The notes beneath the pieces are model-generated. The model made no database searches, was not told where the DNA came from, and saw only the letters and a list, made by a program, of their open reading frames with translations. This document shows, in pieces, positions 38,239 through 48,244 of a stretch of 64,000 nt of DNA. Both the position numbers and the translations under genes were made by a program. The DNA comes from Rhizobium sp. Q54 (lineage in GTDB: Bacteria; Pseudomonadota; Alphaproteobacteria; UBA2966; CAIVPW01). The stretch spans positions 4,046-68,045 of the forward strand of contig CAMEYM010000018.1 in NCBI GenBank assembly GCA_945947575.1, in the 5' to 3' direction. Numbering within the stretch: position 1 is the first letter of the stretch; every line of letters starts with the position of its first letter.

Positions 38239-38434
38239 GTTGCCGCGACTGTACGAACGGCGCAGGGGTTAAGTCAAAGGCCCCTCGGGTCCGGTTGTAT
38301 CAGGCATGTATCCGCGTGTGACAACAGCAGCGCGGTGCATCGCTGCAGCGTTGCCTGTGCACGCGCCGCCGCGCAACCGGCGGCTGCAATGGTCGCCCGT
38401 CACAATGTTCGACCGACTAGCAGCTCGGCTCGCC

Positions 38435-38887
38435 CTAGACTGGTAGCAGGTGGCCATGGTGATCCCGGTAAGTCGCGCACGGCAACCTTGGCGAGGTCCT
38501 TGTTGAGCTCGCCTGCGACCATCTTGCGCAACTCCGGCGTCATTGCGTCGCGGAGGTCGCCAAGCAACTGCGGCGGCGCCACCAGGTAGACACGCTGGAA
38601 GGCGTTGTGGCGGCGGGCATCGTCGAGGGTGCGCACGATCTCGCGCGCGAAGCGATACTTGCGGTTGCGAGCCGGGTCGGTTGACGGATCGAGCGCGTGG
38701 CGAAACGGCCCGTGGCTGTCGCGCGTGCTGCCCGGCCGGTCCGAGTCGATCTCGCGGCTCGCCAACACCTTCTGGGACATCTCGCGCTCGAGATTGAGGC
38801 CGTGGCTCGGTCCATCGTTGACCAGCACACGCGCCTGACCGGCATCGGTGACGACAACCAGCTGATGATTGGACGCATCTCGGACAC
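38435..38887 (-). pseudogene. Host-attachment (AtsE/baeRF12-like) protein with two 1-nt frameshifts
   Basis: Corrected reading SWVVVTDAGQARVL...DRPG...FAREIV...LVAPPQLLGDLR...ELNKDL...LPDHHGHLLPV*. Confidence 0.7.
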
Positions 38888-38953
38888 CGTTGTTGTGAGA
38901 CGTCCATCAAATCTAGGGAGCGCAGCGCGAGCCTCAAGCCGCGCAAGAGGTAG

Positions 38954-39203
38954 TCAAGGCGCGTCCTTGCGGCGCGACGGGAATTTCGGAGCGGCCTTGG
39001 CTTCGGCAGCGCGCGGCCGCCACGCCATGTTCATGTAGCCCTCACCGGCCGCTAGCTCCGCCAGCATCGGGTCGATGCGCCTCTGCGGTGTCGCGGCGCG
39101 CGCGGCGCGCCGAAGCCGATGTAGTCGTTGCGCTGATAGGCGGGGCGCGCGCGATATGCGCCGACGAGCTTGCGTTGCTTGAGCACGCGCGCCGTGTCTG
39201 CAT
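38954..39203 (-). pseudogene. YdeI/OmpD-associated (OmdA) family protein, frameshifted
   Basis: AYRARPAYQRNDYIG and RRIDPMLAELAAGEGYMNMAW lie in different frames; GGAGG RBS before ATG 39203. Confidence 0.65.
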
Positions 39204-39340
39204 AAAGCGTCCTCCGTCAGCCTACGGCTTGGGCACCCGTTAACTTGTGCGCGGGGTTTGAGCAATTCCCCCGCACGCGCGAATCGCGTGCGAACTCGAA
39301 TTTCCATGAGATTGCAACGAGTTGTGGGCGCCCTCCGGAC

Positions 39341-39355
39341 CGGCACGGTCTTTGT
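39341..39355 (+). promoter_or_regulatory. Sigma54-like promoter (CGGCAC-N5-TTGT)
   Basis: -24/-12 spacing, near-consensus, upstream of the first porin. Confidence 0.45.
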
Positions 39356-39449
39356 ACTGGGTGGTCGCGGTTGCCGGCGGCGCGGCCGCGGCGAAACGGA
39401 GAGGGAATGTTCCATGAATCGTGGTGGAGAAGGAATCAACGACACTCGG

Positions 39450-40160
39450 ATGGCGGCGCGGGCGTCGGCGCGCAAGGGCTGGCTGATGTCGGCAGCCGCC
39501 GCCGCGGGACTGCTGCTCGCGGGCGCGGCGCAGGCGCAGGCCATTTCGGTCAACGTCAGCGCCGTCACCGATTATGTGGTGCGCGGCATCAGCCAGACCA
39601 ACGAGGGCGGAGCGCTGCAAGGCGGTATCGACCTCGGGATGGGCCCCGGCTACTTCGGCATCTGGGCGTCCACCGTGGACTTCGGGAACGGCACGGACAC
39701 CGAGGTCGATGTCTACGGCGGCATCAAGCCGTCATGGATGGGCATCACCTTCGACATCGGTGCTATAGCGTACCGGTACTTCGGCCAGCCCGACGACGCC
39801 AACCTCGGCTACTACGAAATCAAGGGCGCGGCGTCCTACGCGTTCGATTTCGCCGCGATTGGCACAGCGATCTACTGGTCGCCGAACTTCGGCGGCGCCG
39901 GCTCCATCGAGGCCACCTACTACGAGATCAACGCCGCGGTCCCCGTGCCGGTGGTCGCGAACCTGTCCCTGACCGGCGCCTACGGGCGCCAGACGATGCA
40001 GGGGACGGGTGACTACAACACCTGGAACGTCGGTCTCAACTGGGCCCCGATCAGCTGGCTGTCGCTCGATGGCCGCTACTGGGATACCGACGAGCACGGA
40101 CTCGGCACCAACTACGAGGAGCGCGCAGTAGGCGGCATCAAGGCGACGTTCGCGTTCTAG
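39450..40160 (+). CDS. TorF/TIGR02001 (Gcw_chp) putative porin
   Basis: TDYVVRGISQT, ALQGGID, GIWAS, EVDVYGG; terminal Phe. Confidence 0.85.
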   Translation: MAARASARKGWLMSAAAAAGLLLAGAAQAQAISVNVSAVTDYVVRGISQTNEGGALQGGIDLGMGPGYFGIWASTVDFGNGTDTEVDVYGGIKPSWMGITFDIGAIAYRYFGQPDDANLGYYEIKGAASYAFDFAAIGTAIYWSPNFGGAGSIEATYYEINAAVPVPVVANLSLTGAYGRQTMQGTGDYNTWNVGLNWAPISWLSLDGRYWDTDEHGLGTNYEERAVGGIKATFAF

Positions 40161-40309
40161 TCGTCGTATGGGCAGTAGCAGCCGGCCCTCGCTGAGCTGC
40201 CGCCGGCCGGGGTAGGGGCGTCTCCCCTTGTCTACGGCTGGCGGCAACTCGGCCTTTTCCGCAGGTTTTGGGCCGAGGTGAAGGCGGCAATTGCTAGTCG
40301 CGCACGAAT

Positions 40310-40324
40310 TGGCCACACTGTTGC
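40310..40324 (+). promoter_or_regulatory. Sigma54 promoter TGGC-N7-TTGC
   Basis: TGGCCACACTGTTGC, GG-N10-GC. Confidence 0.6.
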
Positions 40325-40427
40325 CTGATTGCGACTTTGCAACGGCTAGTGGTGAGTCCGGCCGGGCAGCAGCAGTCGCGCAGCGATCGGGCGAGACCGA
40401 TTGCCACTGTAGGCAAAGGCAACCGAG

Positions 40428-41111
40428 ATGAAATTGCGTGCGTTCCTTGTCGCCGCCGCCATGGGCCTGGGCCTGTTTGCGGGCTCCGCCTCGGCGCAGA
40501 TTGTGCTGAACGTCGGCGCGACCACCGACTACGTCTTCCGCGGCGTAAGCCAGACCAACGGGGGCGCAGCCATCCAGGGCGGCGCCGATATTGCCATTGG
40601 CAAGGGCTACTTCGGCGTGTGGGCCTCCAATGTCGACTTCAACACCACGGCGGACGCTGAACTCGACATGTACGTCGGCTACAAGCCGACGTTCATGGGC
40701 CACACGTTCGACATCGGCTTCATCAACTACACCTACATGGGCGGCGGCGGCGGCGACCTCGCGTTCTACGAGTTCAAGCTCGCCACGTCGATGCCGGTTG
40801 GCCCCGCCACGCTCGGTGCGGCGCTGTTCTACACCCCGGATTTCCCGGGTACCGGCCCGCATGACGCCCTGTACGGCGAGATCAACTTTGCGATGCCGGT
40901 TCTGCGCGACTTCACCGTCGGCGGTGCATTTGGCAAGCAGTGGGTGCAGGACAAGGCCGGCGAGTACGGCACTTGGAACGCCGGCGTCACCTGGACGCCG
41001 GTTTCCTGGATGTCCCTCGACGCCCGCTACCACGACACGGACGAGCACGGCCTCGGCACGACCTACGAAGCGCGCGCCACCGCGTCAGTGAAGTTCACTT
41101 ACACGTTCTAG
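40428..41111 (+). CDS. TorF/TIGR02001 putative porin, second paralogue
   Basis: TDYVFRGVSQT, AIQGGAD, GVWASNV, ELDMYVG; terminal Phe. Confidence 0.88.
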   Translation: MKLRAFLVAAAMGLGLFAGSASAQIVLNVGATTDYVFRGVSQTNGGAAIQGGADIAIGKGYFGVWASNVDFNTTADAELDMYVGYKPTFMGHTFDIGFINYTYMGGGGGDLAFYEFKLATSMPVGPATLGAALFYTPDFPGTGPHDALYGEINFAMPVLRDFTVGGAFGKQWVQDKAGEYGTWNAGVTWTPVSWMSLDARYHDTDEHGLGTTYEARATASVKFTYTF

Positions 41112-41141
41112 CTTGGCGGCGCGCAAGCGCCGCGCACGAAA

Positions 41142-41174
41142 TCGCCTGCCCGGGGGAAACCCCGCGGCAGGCGA
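41142..41174. terminator. Hairpin between porin and tRNA-Leu
   Basis: TCGCCTGCC...GGCAGGCGA inverted repeat. Confidence 0.55.
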
Positions 41175-41194
41175 ATTCATTTCAGGCCCAACCC

Positions 41195-41280
41195 TGGTGC
41201 CCGCTGCTGGACTCGAACCAGCACGGCCCGAAGGCCAAGGGCTTTTAAGGCCCTTGCGTCTACCATTCCGCCAAGCGGGC
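41195..41280 (-). tRNA. tRNA-Leu(TAA)
   Basis: GCCCGCTTGGCGGAATGGTAGACGC-AAGGGC-CTTAAAA-GCCCTT, long variable arm, GGTTCGAGTCC, CCA. Confidence 0.93.
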
Positions 41281-41342
41281 GAGCGCGCCGACCATAGCAT
41301 TGGCGAGGGTTGGCGCGCGGCCCCGCCGCGCCAAAGAGACGA

Positions 41343-41909
41343 TCAGCCGGCGTGGGGTCCGCGTTGTGCGGCCGCACGTGCGAAGGCGAGGTCCGGCCAG
41401 GCGAACGCGAATTCCTGGATGGCGCGTCCGCCCATCCGGATGGTGCGCGTCGCCACCTTCTCCGCACCGAGGCGCTCGTAGAACGCGCGGGCGGGGTTGC
41501 CCGCCAGCACCCAGACGACGAGGCCGTTGAAGCCGAGCTCGTGCAAACGGTCGGCCGCAGCAGACATCAGCTTGGTGCCGAACCCGCGACGCTGGTAGCC
41601 ATCGAGCAGGTAGAGCGTGTAGACCTCGGCGCGCCGCAGGGTACCGCCCGTGCGCTCCGAGCCTGCCGAAATGAATCCGACGATGCGGCTGTCCTGATCC
41701 TCGATGACCCGCGTCACCGTCTGACTGCGCTGCGAGCAAAGCGCCGTCCACCAGAACAGCGTCTCGCGCACTTCGCTCATGCCGTTCAGGATCGCGTCGG
41801 GAAGGAGCCCGCCATAGGTCGAGCGCCAGCTGCTGACGTAGACGCGCGCGATTGCGCTCGCATCGACGGGCGAAGCCTTGCGCACGCGAAACTCGACGTT
41901 TGACGCCAT
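41343..41909 (-). CDS. GNAT N-acetyltransferase
   Basis: IARVYVSSWRSTY, YQRRGFGTKL, WVLAGNPARAFYERLG. Confidence 0.88.
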   Translation of the reverse strand: MASNVEFRVRKASPVDASAIARVYVSSWRSTYGGLLPDAILNGMSEVRETLFWWTALCSQRSQTVTRVIEDQDSRIVGFISAGSERTGGTLRRAEVYTLYLLDGYQRRGFGTKLMSAAADRLHELGFNGLVVWVLAGNPARAFYERLGAEKVATRTIRMGGRAIQEFAFAWPDLAFARAAAQRGPHAG

Positions 41910-42102
41910 ACCGCTCGGCACACCGGCCCGTAACAAGTCACGATGCCCTCCCACAAGGGCAGGCGCAGTCTAGCGCGGCGCCGGGGGCGGTTCTATCGGA
42001 CCGGTGCTAGCCTTCGTTCGGGCCACGCCTACTCCCGTTGGAGTAGGGAGGGCCGCCGCCAGCGCTTGAACGGAGCCACCGGCGGGCTACCTTGTCCGGC
42101 GA

Positions 42103-42825
42103 ATGCTGTTCCCGAGCCCTCTGGCGCGCGGCCGCCTGCTGCGTCGCTACAAGCGGTTTCTCGCCGACGTTCTGTTGGAGTCCGAGCCGTGGGCGGGGCG
42201 CACCGTGACCGCGCATTGTCCCAATCCCGGCGCCATGCTCGGCCTGACCGAGAGCAACGCCGAAGTCTGGCTGTCGCGCTCCGACGATCCCAAGCGGTCG
42301 CTGCCGTGGACCTGGGAGCTGATCCAGGTTGGCGAACATCCCACAGCGGGCCTGGTGGGCATCAACGCCGCTCGCCCGAATCGGATTGCCGAGGAGGCGA
42401 TCGCCGCCGCCGCCGTACCTGAGCTCGCCGGCTACGACCGGATTCGCCGCGAGGTGCGCTACGGCGAACGCAGCCGTGTCGATCTCGTGCTCGAGCGCGG
42501 CGAAGAGCGCTGCTTCGTCGAGATCAAGAACGTGCACCTGATGCGCGAGCCGGGCGTGGCAGAGTTCCCGGATTCCGTCACGGCACGGGGCGCGCGCCAC
42601 CTGCGCGAACTCGCCGCCGTGGCCGCCGATGGCGTCCGGGCGGTGGTGCTGTTCGTCGCCCAACGGGAGGACGCACGGCGCTTCGCGGTGGCCGGGGACA
42701 TCGACCCGACGTTCCACGCCGCGGCCCAGGCCGCGCGGGCCGCGGGGGTGGAGATGCTCTGCTACGGCTGCGCTCTCTCGCCTCAGCAAATTGTGCTAGA
42801 CAGGGCCATGCCGGTGGCGGTTTAG
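42103..42825 (+). CDS. sfsA: DNA/RNA nuclease SfsA
   Basis: RRYKRFLADV, HCPNPGAM, FVEIKNV, FPDSVTARG. Confidence 0.95.
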   Translation: MLFPSPLARGRLLRRYKRFLADVLLESEPWAGRTVTAHCPNPGAMLGLTESNAEVWLSRSDDPKRSLPWTWELIQVGEHPTAGLVGINAARPNRIAEEAIAAAAVPELAGYDRIRREVRYGERSRVDLVLERGEERCFVEIKNVHLMREPGVAEFPDSVTARGARHLRELAAVAADGVRAVVLFVAQREDARRFAVAGDIDPTFHAAAQAARAAGVEMLCYGCALSPQQIVLDRAMPVAV

Positions 42826-42843
42826 GGCGGCCCAGGAGACCCA

Positions 42844-43686
42844 ATGAATCGGACATCGGCGGCGCTCAACGACACGCCGACCTTCCAGTCGCCGCGCTAC
42901 CCCTCGCCCATTCGCGTGCACGGCGCCGAGGCGTTCGCCGCCATGCGCAAGGCCGGACGCCTGGTCGCCGAGACCCTCGACTACATCACGCCGTTCGTGA
43001 AGCCCGGCGTCTCCACCGACCGTCTCGACGCGCTCTGCTACGACTTCATTGTCGCGCACGATGCGATCCCGGCGCCGCTCAACTACCGCGGCTTCCCCAA
43101 GTCGATCTGCACGTCCGTGAATCACGTCGTGTGTCACGGCATCCCCAGCGACAGGCTGCTGAAGGATGGCGACATCCTCAACATCGACGTCACCGTCATC
43201 GTCGATGGCTGGCATGGCGACTCGAGCCGCATGTACTTCGTGGGTGACGTCGGCCGCAAGGCGGCGCGCCTGTGCGAGGTCACCTACGAGACGATGATGC
43301 TCGGCATCGGCGTCGTCCGTCCGGGCGCCACGACCGGCGACATCGGCCATGCCATCCAGTCCTTCGCCGAGCACCACCGCTACTCGGTGGTGCGCGACTT
43401 CTGCGGCCACGGCATCGGCAAGGTCTTTCACGAGCCGCCGAACATTGTCCACTACGGCGACCCCGGCACGGGCGTGAAGCTGGTGCCCGGCATGATCTTC
43501 ACGATCGAGCCGATGATCAACCTCGGCAAGTGGGAAGTGCGCATGCTCCCCGACGGCTGGACCGCGGTGACGCGTGACCGCTCTCTGTCGGCCCAGTTCG
43601 AGCACTGCATTGGCGTGACGAGCGACGGCCACGAGATCTTCACGACGTCGCCGCAGGGCCTGGACCGCCCGCCCTACCCCACCTAG
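42844..43686 (+). CDS. map: Type I methionine aminopeptidase
   Basis: VVCHGIP, NIDVT, HGDSSR, HGIG..FHEPP, TIEPM, QFEH. Confidence 0.95.
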   Translation: MNRTSAALNDTPTFQSPRYPSPIRVHGAEAFAAMRKAGRLVAETLDYITPFVKPGVSTDRLDALCYDFIVAHDAIPAPLNYRGFPKSICTSVNHVVCHGIPSDRLLKDGDILNIDVTVIVDGWHGDSSRMYFVGDVGRKAARLCEVTYETMMLGIGVVRPGATTGDIGHAIQSFAEHHRYSVVRDFCGHGIGKVFHEPPNIVHYGDPGTGVKLVPGMIFTIEPMINLGKWEVRMLPDGWTAVTRDRSLSAQFEHCIGVTSDGHEIFTTSPQGLDRPPYPT

Positions 43687-43703
43687 AGGCGGCGCGGCGG
43701 ACG

Positions 43704-44516
43704 ATGTCCGAATACGCGACAGCACCACGCATTCGGCGCGCGGCGGCTCCCGCTACGGTCGGCGACTTCACCGGCATGCGCGTCGCAGGTCGCCTCGCGG
43801 CCGACACCCTCGACCACATTGCCCGGTTCGTGCGGCCCGGCGTCAGCACGAACGATCTTGATGCCGAGTGCCATGCCTTCATCGTGGCGCGCGGCGGCAT
43901 CCCCGCACCGCTCCACTACTGTGGGTTCCCGAAGTCCATCTGCACGTCGGTCAACCATGTGATCTGCCATGGCATCCCCGGCGACAAGGTGCTGCACGAG
44001 GGGGACATCATGAACATCGACGTCACGGTGATCGTCGATGGCTGGCACGGCGATACGAGCCGCATGTATTTCGCCGGCGACGTCGGCCGCAAGGCAGCAC
44101 GCCTGTGTGACGTAACCTACGAGGCGATGATGCGCGGCATCGGGGCCGTGCGTCCCGGGGCGACCACGGGCGACATCGGTCATGCCATCCAGGCCTACGC
44201 CGAGGCCGAGCGCACCTCCGTGGTGCGCGAGTTCTGCGGACACGGCATCGGACTCATCTTCCAGGGCCCGGAGATCCTGCACTACGGCGAGGCCGGCGAA
44301 GGCGCGGTCCTGGCCGAAGGCATGTGCTTCACCATCGAGCCCATGCTCAACGCCGGCAAGGCGGGCATTCGCATGCTTGCCGACGGCTGGACCGCGGTGA
44401 CGCGCGACCGCTCGTTGTCAGCGCAATTCGAGCACACCATCGGCGTGACCGCGGACGGGTACGAGATCTTCACCCGCTCGGCGAGCGGCCGCGACCGCCC
44501 GCCCTATGCCGACTAA
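43704..44516 (+). CDS. map: Second type I methionine aminopeptidase (tandem paralogue)
   Basis: Same metal-ligand motifs, but [10 protein letters not shown] replaces FHEPP. Confidence 0.9.
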   Translation: MSEYATAPRIRRAAAPATVGDFTGMRVAGRLAADTLDHIARFVRPGVSTNDLDAECHAFIVARGGIPAPLHYCGFPKSICTSVNHVICHGIPGDKVLHEGDIMNIDVTVIVDGWHGDTSRMYFAGDVGRKAARLCDVTYEAMMRGIGAVRPGATTGDIGHAIQAYAEAERTSVVREFCGHGIGLIFQGPEILHYGEAGEGAVLAEGMCFTIEPMLNAGKAGIRMLADGWTAVTRDRSLSAQFEHTIGVTADGYEIFTRSASGRDRPPYAD

Positions 44517-45204
44517 GAAGACCGAAGCAGCCGAGGCGGCCCCGCACTACCTCGGCCACCGGCAGCGGCTCAAGGCGCGCTTCTACGAGGCGCCCGCGTC
44601 TTTCCAGGACTACGAGCTTCTCGAATTGCTGCTCACGTTCGCCATCCCCCGCAAGGACACCAAGAAGCTCGCCAAAGACCTGCTACGCGAGTTCAGCACG
44701 TTCGGCGACGTGCTGGGCGCCGACCCCGCGCGCCTTGAGGCGCTTGAATTGTCTCCGAACGCCGTCGCCCTGCTGAAGACAGCCTATGCGGCGGCGGCAC
44801 GGGTCGCGCGCCCGGAGGCACGCAAGCGCAGCGCGCTCTCGTCGATGGATGCGGTCATCGAGTACTGCACGGCGGCCATGGCCCATGAGTCCGTCGAGCA
44901 GTTCCGCGTGCTATTCCTCGACCGCAAGAACGCCCTCATCAAGGACGAAGCGCAGCAGAAGGGCACCGTTGACCACACCCCGGTCTACCCGCGCGAAGTG
45001 GTCAAGCGCGCCCTCGAGCTGTCGGCGTCGGCGGTAATCATCGTGCACAACCATCCGAGCGGCGACCCCACCCCTTCCGCCGCCGATATCGACATGACCC
45101 GCCAGGTCCAGGACGCCTGCCAGAAGCTTGGCCTTGTGCTGCACGACCATGTCGTGATCGGGCGCGGCAAGCATGCCAGCTTTCGCGCCCTTGGCCTCTT
45201 GTAG
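44506..45204 (+). CDS. radC: RadC/JAB-domain protein
   Basis: [31 protein letters not shown]. Confidence 0.93.
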   Translation: MPTKKTEAAEAAPHYLGHRQRLKARFYEAPASFQDYELLELLLTFAIPRKDTKKLAKDLLREFSTFGDVLGADPARLEALELSPNAVALLKTAYAAAARVARPEARKRSALSSMDAVIEYCTAAMAHESVEQFRVLFLDRKNALIKDEAQQKGTVDHTPVYPREVVKRALELSASAVIIVHNHPSGDPTPSAADIDMTRQVQDACQKLGLVLHDHVVIGRGKHASFRALGLL

Positions 45205-45213
45205 GAGCCCTTC

Positions 45214-45873
45214 GTGAATCAGGACGAACTGAAGGCGATGGTGGCACGCGCCGCCCTCGAGCACGTCAAGGCGGGAAGCATCGTCGGCGTCGGCACGGGC
45301 TCGACGGTGAACCTGTTCATCGACGCCCTCGCCACCATCAAGGACCGCATCCAGGGCGCCGTCTCCAGCTCGGTGAAGAGCACGGAGCGCATGCGCGGCC
45401 ATGGCATCCGCGTGTTCGAGGCAAGCGAGGTCGAGCGCATTCCGGCCTACATCGACGGCGCCGACGAGATCGACCATCGCGGCAACATGATCAAGGGCGG
45501 CGGCGCGGCGCTCACCCGCGAGAAGATCGTCGCGGACCTCGCCGAGCGCTTCGTCTGCATCGCCGATGCCTCCAAGCTCGTGGAGGTGCTGGGCAAGTTC
45601 CCGCTGCCTGTCGAGGTCATCCCGATGGCGTCGGCCCAGATCGTGCGGCGCTTCAAGGCAATCGGCGGCGACGCGCAGGTGCGCGCCAACGTCGTCACCG
45701 ACAACGGCAATCAGCTGCTCGATGTGCGCGGCCTCGCGATCAAGGACCCGCCGGGCATGGAGATCGAGGTGAGCATGTGGCCGGGCGTCGTCGAGGTCGG
45801 CATATTTGCCAAGCACCGCGCCAGCGTCTGCCTGCTCGGGACGCCCACCGGCGTCAAACGGATGGACTTCTAG
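45214..45873 (+). CDS. rpiA: Ribose-5-phosphate isomerase A
   Basis: [29 protein letters not shown]. Confidence 0.95.
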   Translation: MNQDELKAMVARAALEHVKAGSIVGVGTGSTVNLFIDALATIKDRIQGAVSSSVKSTERMRGHGIRVFEASEVERIPAYIDGADEIDHRGNMIKGGGAALTREKIVADLAERFVCIADASKLVEVLGKFPLPVEVIPMASAQIVRRFKAIGGDAQVRANVVTDNGNQLLDVRGLAIKDPPGMEIEVSMWPGVVEVGIFAKHRASVCLLGTPTGVKRMDF

Positions 45874-46274
45874 CGCTCGCAGGTACCCCAGCTGACCGCA
45901 AGGGGCTCGCGGGTAAGGCCTTGCGGGGGTGCCTCGTCCGTTACCAAGCCGGCAAGGCGGCTCATGGCGAATTGTCCGCTGGCGCGCTGCATGACGAACA
46001 GACGGAGGCCGTCGCTACAGGTCCATACTTCGCCGTCGCCGCCGCAGCGGAAGCTGAACGAGCGGCCGCCCTCGAGGGTGAGCGCCATGGTCGGCAGGTC
46101 GACGAACAGGCTGAAGCGCGCGCCGACGAAGCGCACCCGCTCGGGCTGCCCGGCCTCCAAATGGAAGCCCACCGAGTCGCGCTCTTCGCAGAAGAAGAGG
46201 TCGGCAGCACTTGCGACCTCAGGCTGGACCATGAGAAACACAGTGGCGCAACGCCACAAGATGCCGGCGCGCAT
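45870..46274 (-). CDS. Hypothetical exported Cys-containing protein
   Basis: Signal-like N-terminus (..[11 protein letters not shown]), ends WGTCER; fills the rpiA-purB gap. Confidence 0.45.
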   Translation of the reverse strand: MRAGILWRCATVFLMVQPEVASAADLFFCEERDSVGFHLEAGQPERVRFVGARFSLFVDLPTMALTLEGGRSFSFRCGGDGEVWTCSDGLRLFVMQRASGQFAMSRLAGLVTDEAPPQGLTREPLAVSWGTCER

Positions 46275-46340
46275 GCGGATGTTTCCTCCCCGTAGGTGCC
46301 CCAGGCGGCCCGTGAACATAGCACCCCCAAGGACGACCGG

Positions 46341-47678
46341 ATGATCCCGCGCTACAGCCGCCCGGAAATGACTGCCATTTGGGAGCCGGAGACGCGTTTC
46401 CGCATCTGGCTCGAGATCGAAACCCTGGCGGCGGAAGCCATGGCCAACCTCGGCCAGGTGCCGAGCTCGGTGCCGAAGGCCCTGCGCGCCAAGGGCAACT
46501 TCGATATTGCCCGCATCGATGAGATCGAGCGCGAGGTGAAGCACGACGTCATCGCCTTCCTGACCTCGGTCGCCGAGTTCGTGGGACCCGAGGCGCGCTT
46601 CGTGCACCAGGGCATGACGTCATCCGACGTCCTCGACACCTGCTTTGCGGTACAGCTGACGCGCGCCAGCGACATCCTCCTCGCCGACCTCGACGGCCTG
46701 CTGGAAGTCCTGAAGCGGAGGGCGATCGAGCACAAGGACACCGTCACCATCGGGCGCAGCCACGGCATCCATGCCGAGCCGACCACCTTCGGCCTCAAGC
46801 TTGCCTATGCGTATGCCGAGTTCCAGCGCGCCAAGACGCGACTGCAGACGGCGCGCGCGGAGGTCGCCACCTGCATGATCTCGGGCGCGGTCGGCACGTT
46901 CGCGAACGTCGATCCAGCGGTCGAGGAGTACGTCGCCGCGAAGCTTGGCCTGCAGCCGGAGCCCGTCTCCACCCAGGTCATTCCGCGCGACCGCCACGCC
47001 ATGTTCTTCGCAACGCTCGGCGTGATCGCGAGTTCCATCGAGCGCATCGCCATCGAAGTGCGCCACCTGCAGCGCTCGGAAGTGCGCGAGGCGGAGGAGT
47101 TCTTCTCCAAGGGCCAGAAGGGCTCGTCGGCCATGCCGCACAAGCGCAACCCCGTGCTGACCGAGAACCTCGTCGGTCTGGCGCGCGTGGTGCGGGCCGC
47201 CGCGATCCCGGCGATGGAGAACGTTGCGCTATGGCACGAGCGCGACATCTCGCACTCTGCCGCGGAGCGCATCATCGCGCCCGACACCACCGTGGCGCTC
47301 GACTTCGCGCTGGTTCGCCTGACCCAGGTGATGGACAAGCTCGTCGTCTATCCCAAGCGGATGCGCACCAACCTCGAGCAGAACGGCGGCATCGTGTTCT
47401 CCGGAACCGTGCTGCTCGCCCTGACCGAATCAGGCATGTCGCGCGAGGACGCCTACAGGGTCGTGCAGCGCAACGCGATGCACGCGTGGGACACCGACAC
47501 GAGCTTCCGCCACTGGATCGAGAAGGATCCGCAGGTGCAGAGGGCGCTGTCGAAGAAGAAGCTCGACGCCGCGTTCGACCCGTCGCGCCACACGCGGCAC
47601 GTCGACACGATCTTCCAACGCGTGTTCGGAAATGCAGGCGGCCCAAGCAAGGCGCGCCGCCCGAAGCGCAAGAAGTAG
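46341..47678 (+). CDS. purB: Adenylosuccinate lyase
   Basis: MIPRYSR, GRSHG, GSSAMPHKRNP. Confidence 0.97.
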   Translation: MIPRYSRPEMTAIWEPETRFRIWLEIETLAAEAMANLGQVPSSVPKALRAKGNFDIARIDEIEREVKHDVIAFLTSVAEFVGPEARFVHQGMTSSDVLDTCFAVQLTRASDILLADLDGLLEVLKRRAIEHKDTVTIGRSHGIHAEPTTFGLKLAYAYAEFQRAKTRLQTARAEVATCMISGAVGTFANVDPAVEEYVAAKLGLQPEPVSTQVIPRDRHAMFFATLGVIASSIERIAIEVRHLQRSEVREAEEFFSKGQKGSSAMPHKRNPVLTENLVGLARVVRAAAIPAMENVALWHERDISHSAAERIIAPDTTVALDFALVRLTQVMDKLVVYPKRMRTNLEQNGGIVFSGTVLLALTESGMSREDAYRVVQRNAMHAWDTDTSFRHWIEKDPQVQRALSKKKLDAAFDPSRHTRHVDTIFQRVFGNAGGPSKARRPKRKK

Positions 47679-47683
47679 CGGCG

Positions 47684-48001
47684 CTACTCCTTCATCAGCT
47701 GTTCGCGTGCTTCCGCCAACAGCTCTTCCATGCGCTTGCGCAGGCGGTGATCGGAGACATCGACCTTCTTCGCCTTGAGGTCGGCCATCACCTTGCGGAA
47801 CACGTCCTCGTCGCCCGACTCCTCGAAGTCCGACTCGATGACCGTCTTGGCGTAGGCCGTGGCGGCGTCGCCCTTCAGGCCCATCTGCTCGGCGGCCCAT
47901 AGGCCGAGGAGCTTGTTGCGGCGCGCACCGACCTTGAACTGAAGCTCTTTGTCGCGGGCGTATTTGTCTTCGAATGCCTTCTTGCGATCGTCCATCGCCA
48001 T
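47684..48001 (-). CDS. DUF1476 / F1Fo-ATPase zeta inhibitor subunit
   Basis: DDRKKAFEDKY...FK..ARRNKLLGLWAA...DFEE.GDEDV. Confidence 0.88.
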   Translation of the reverse strand: MAMDDRKKAFEDKYARDKELQFKVGARRNKLLGLWAAEQMGLKGDAATAYAKTVIESDFEESGDEDVFRKVMADLKAKKVDVSDHRLRKRMEELLAEAREQLMKE

Positions 48002-48244
48002 GGAGCGGCTCCCTGTTGGTGCGGGCGGCGGGAGGCAGAGGGATAGCCTTGCGGGCCGCCCAAATCAATCGCCAAGGCGCCGCAGCGAACCCCGTACGAC
48101 CTGGCCGGATTGCCAGGATTTCCGCCCCTTTCGGCGCGTTGTGGCCCCCTGGCGATTGAGATATGGTCCCCACTCCCAGCCGCCAGGCCGACCCCGACGA
48201 GCCGCTCCAGAAGCGGGGCGCAGAGCCGTTCCTTCAGGACAGGT

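Noticed and set aside
44506-45204. radC as a marker of a mobile element
   Set aside because: Full-length chromosomal type in the usual alphaproteobacterial map-radC context.
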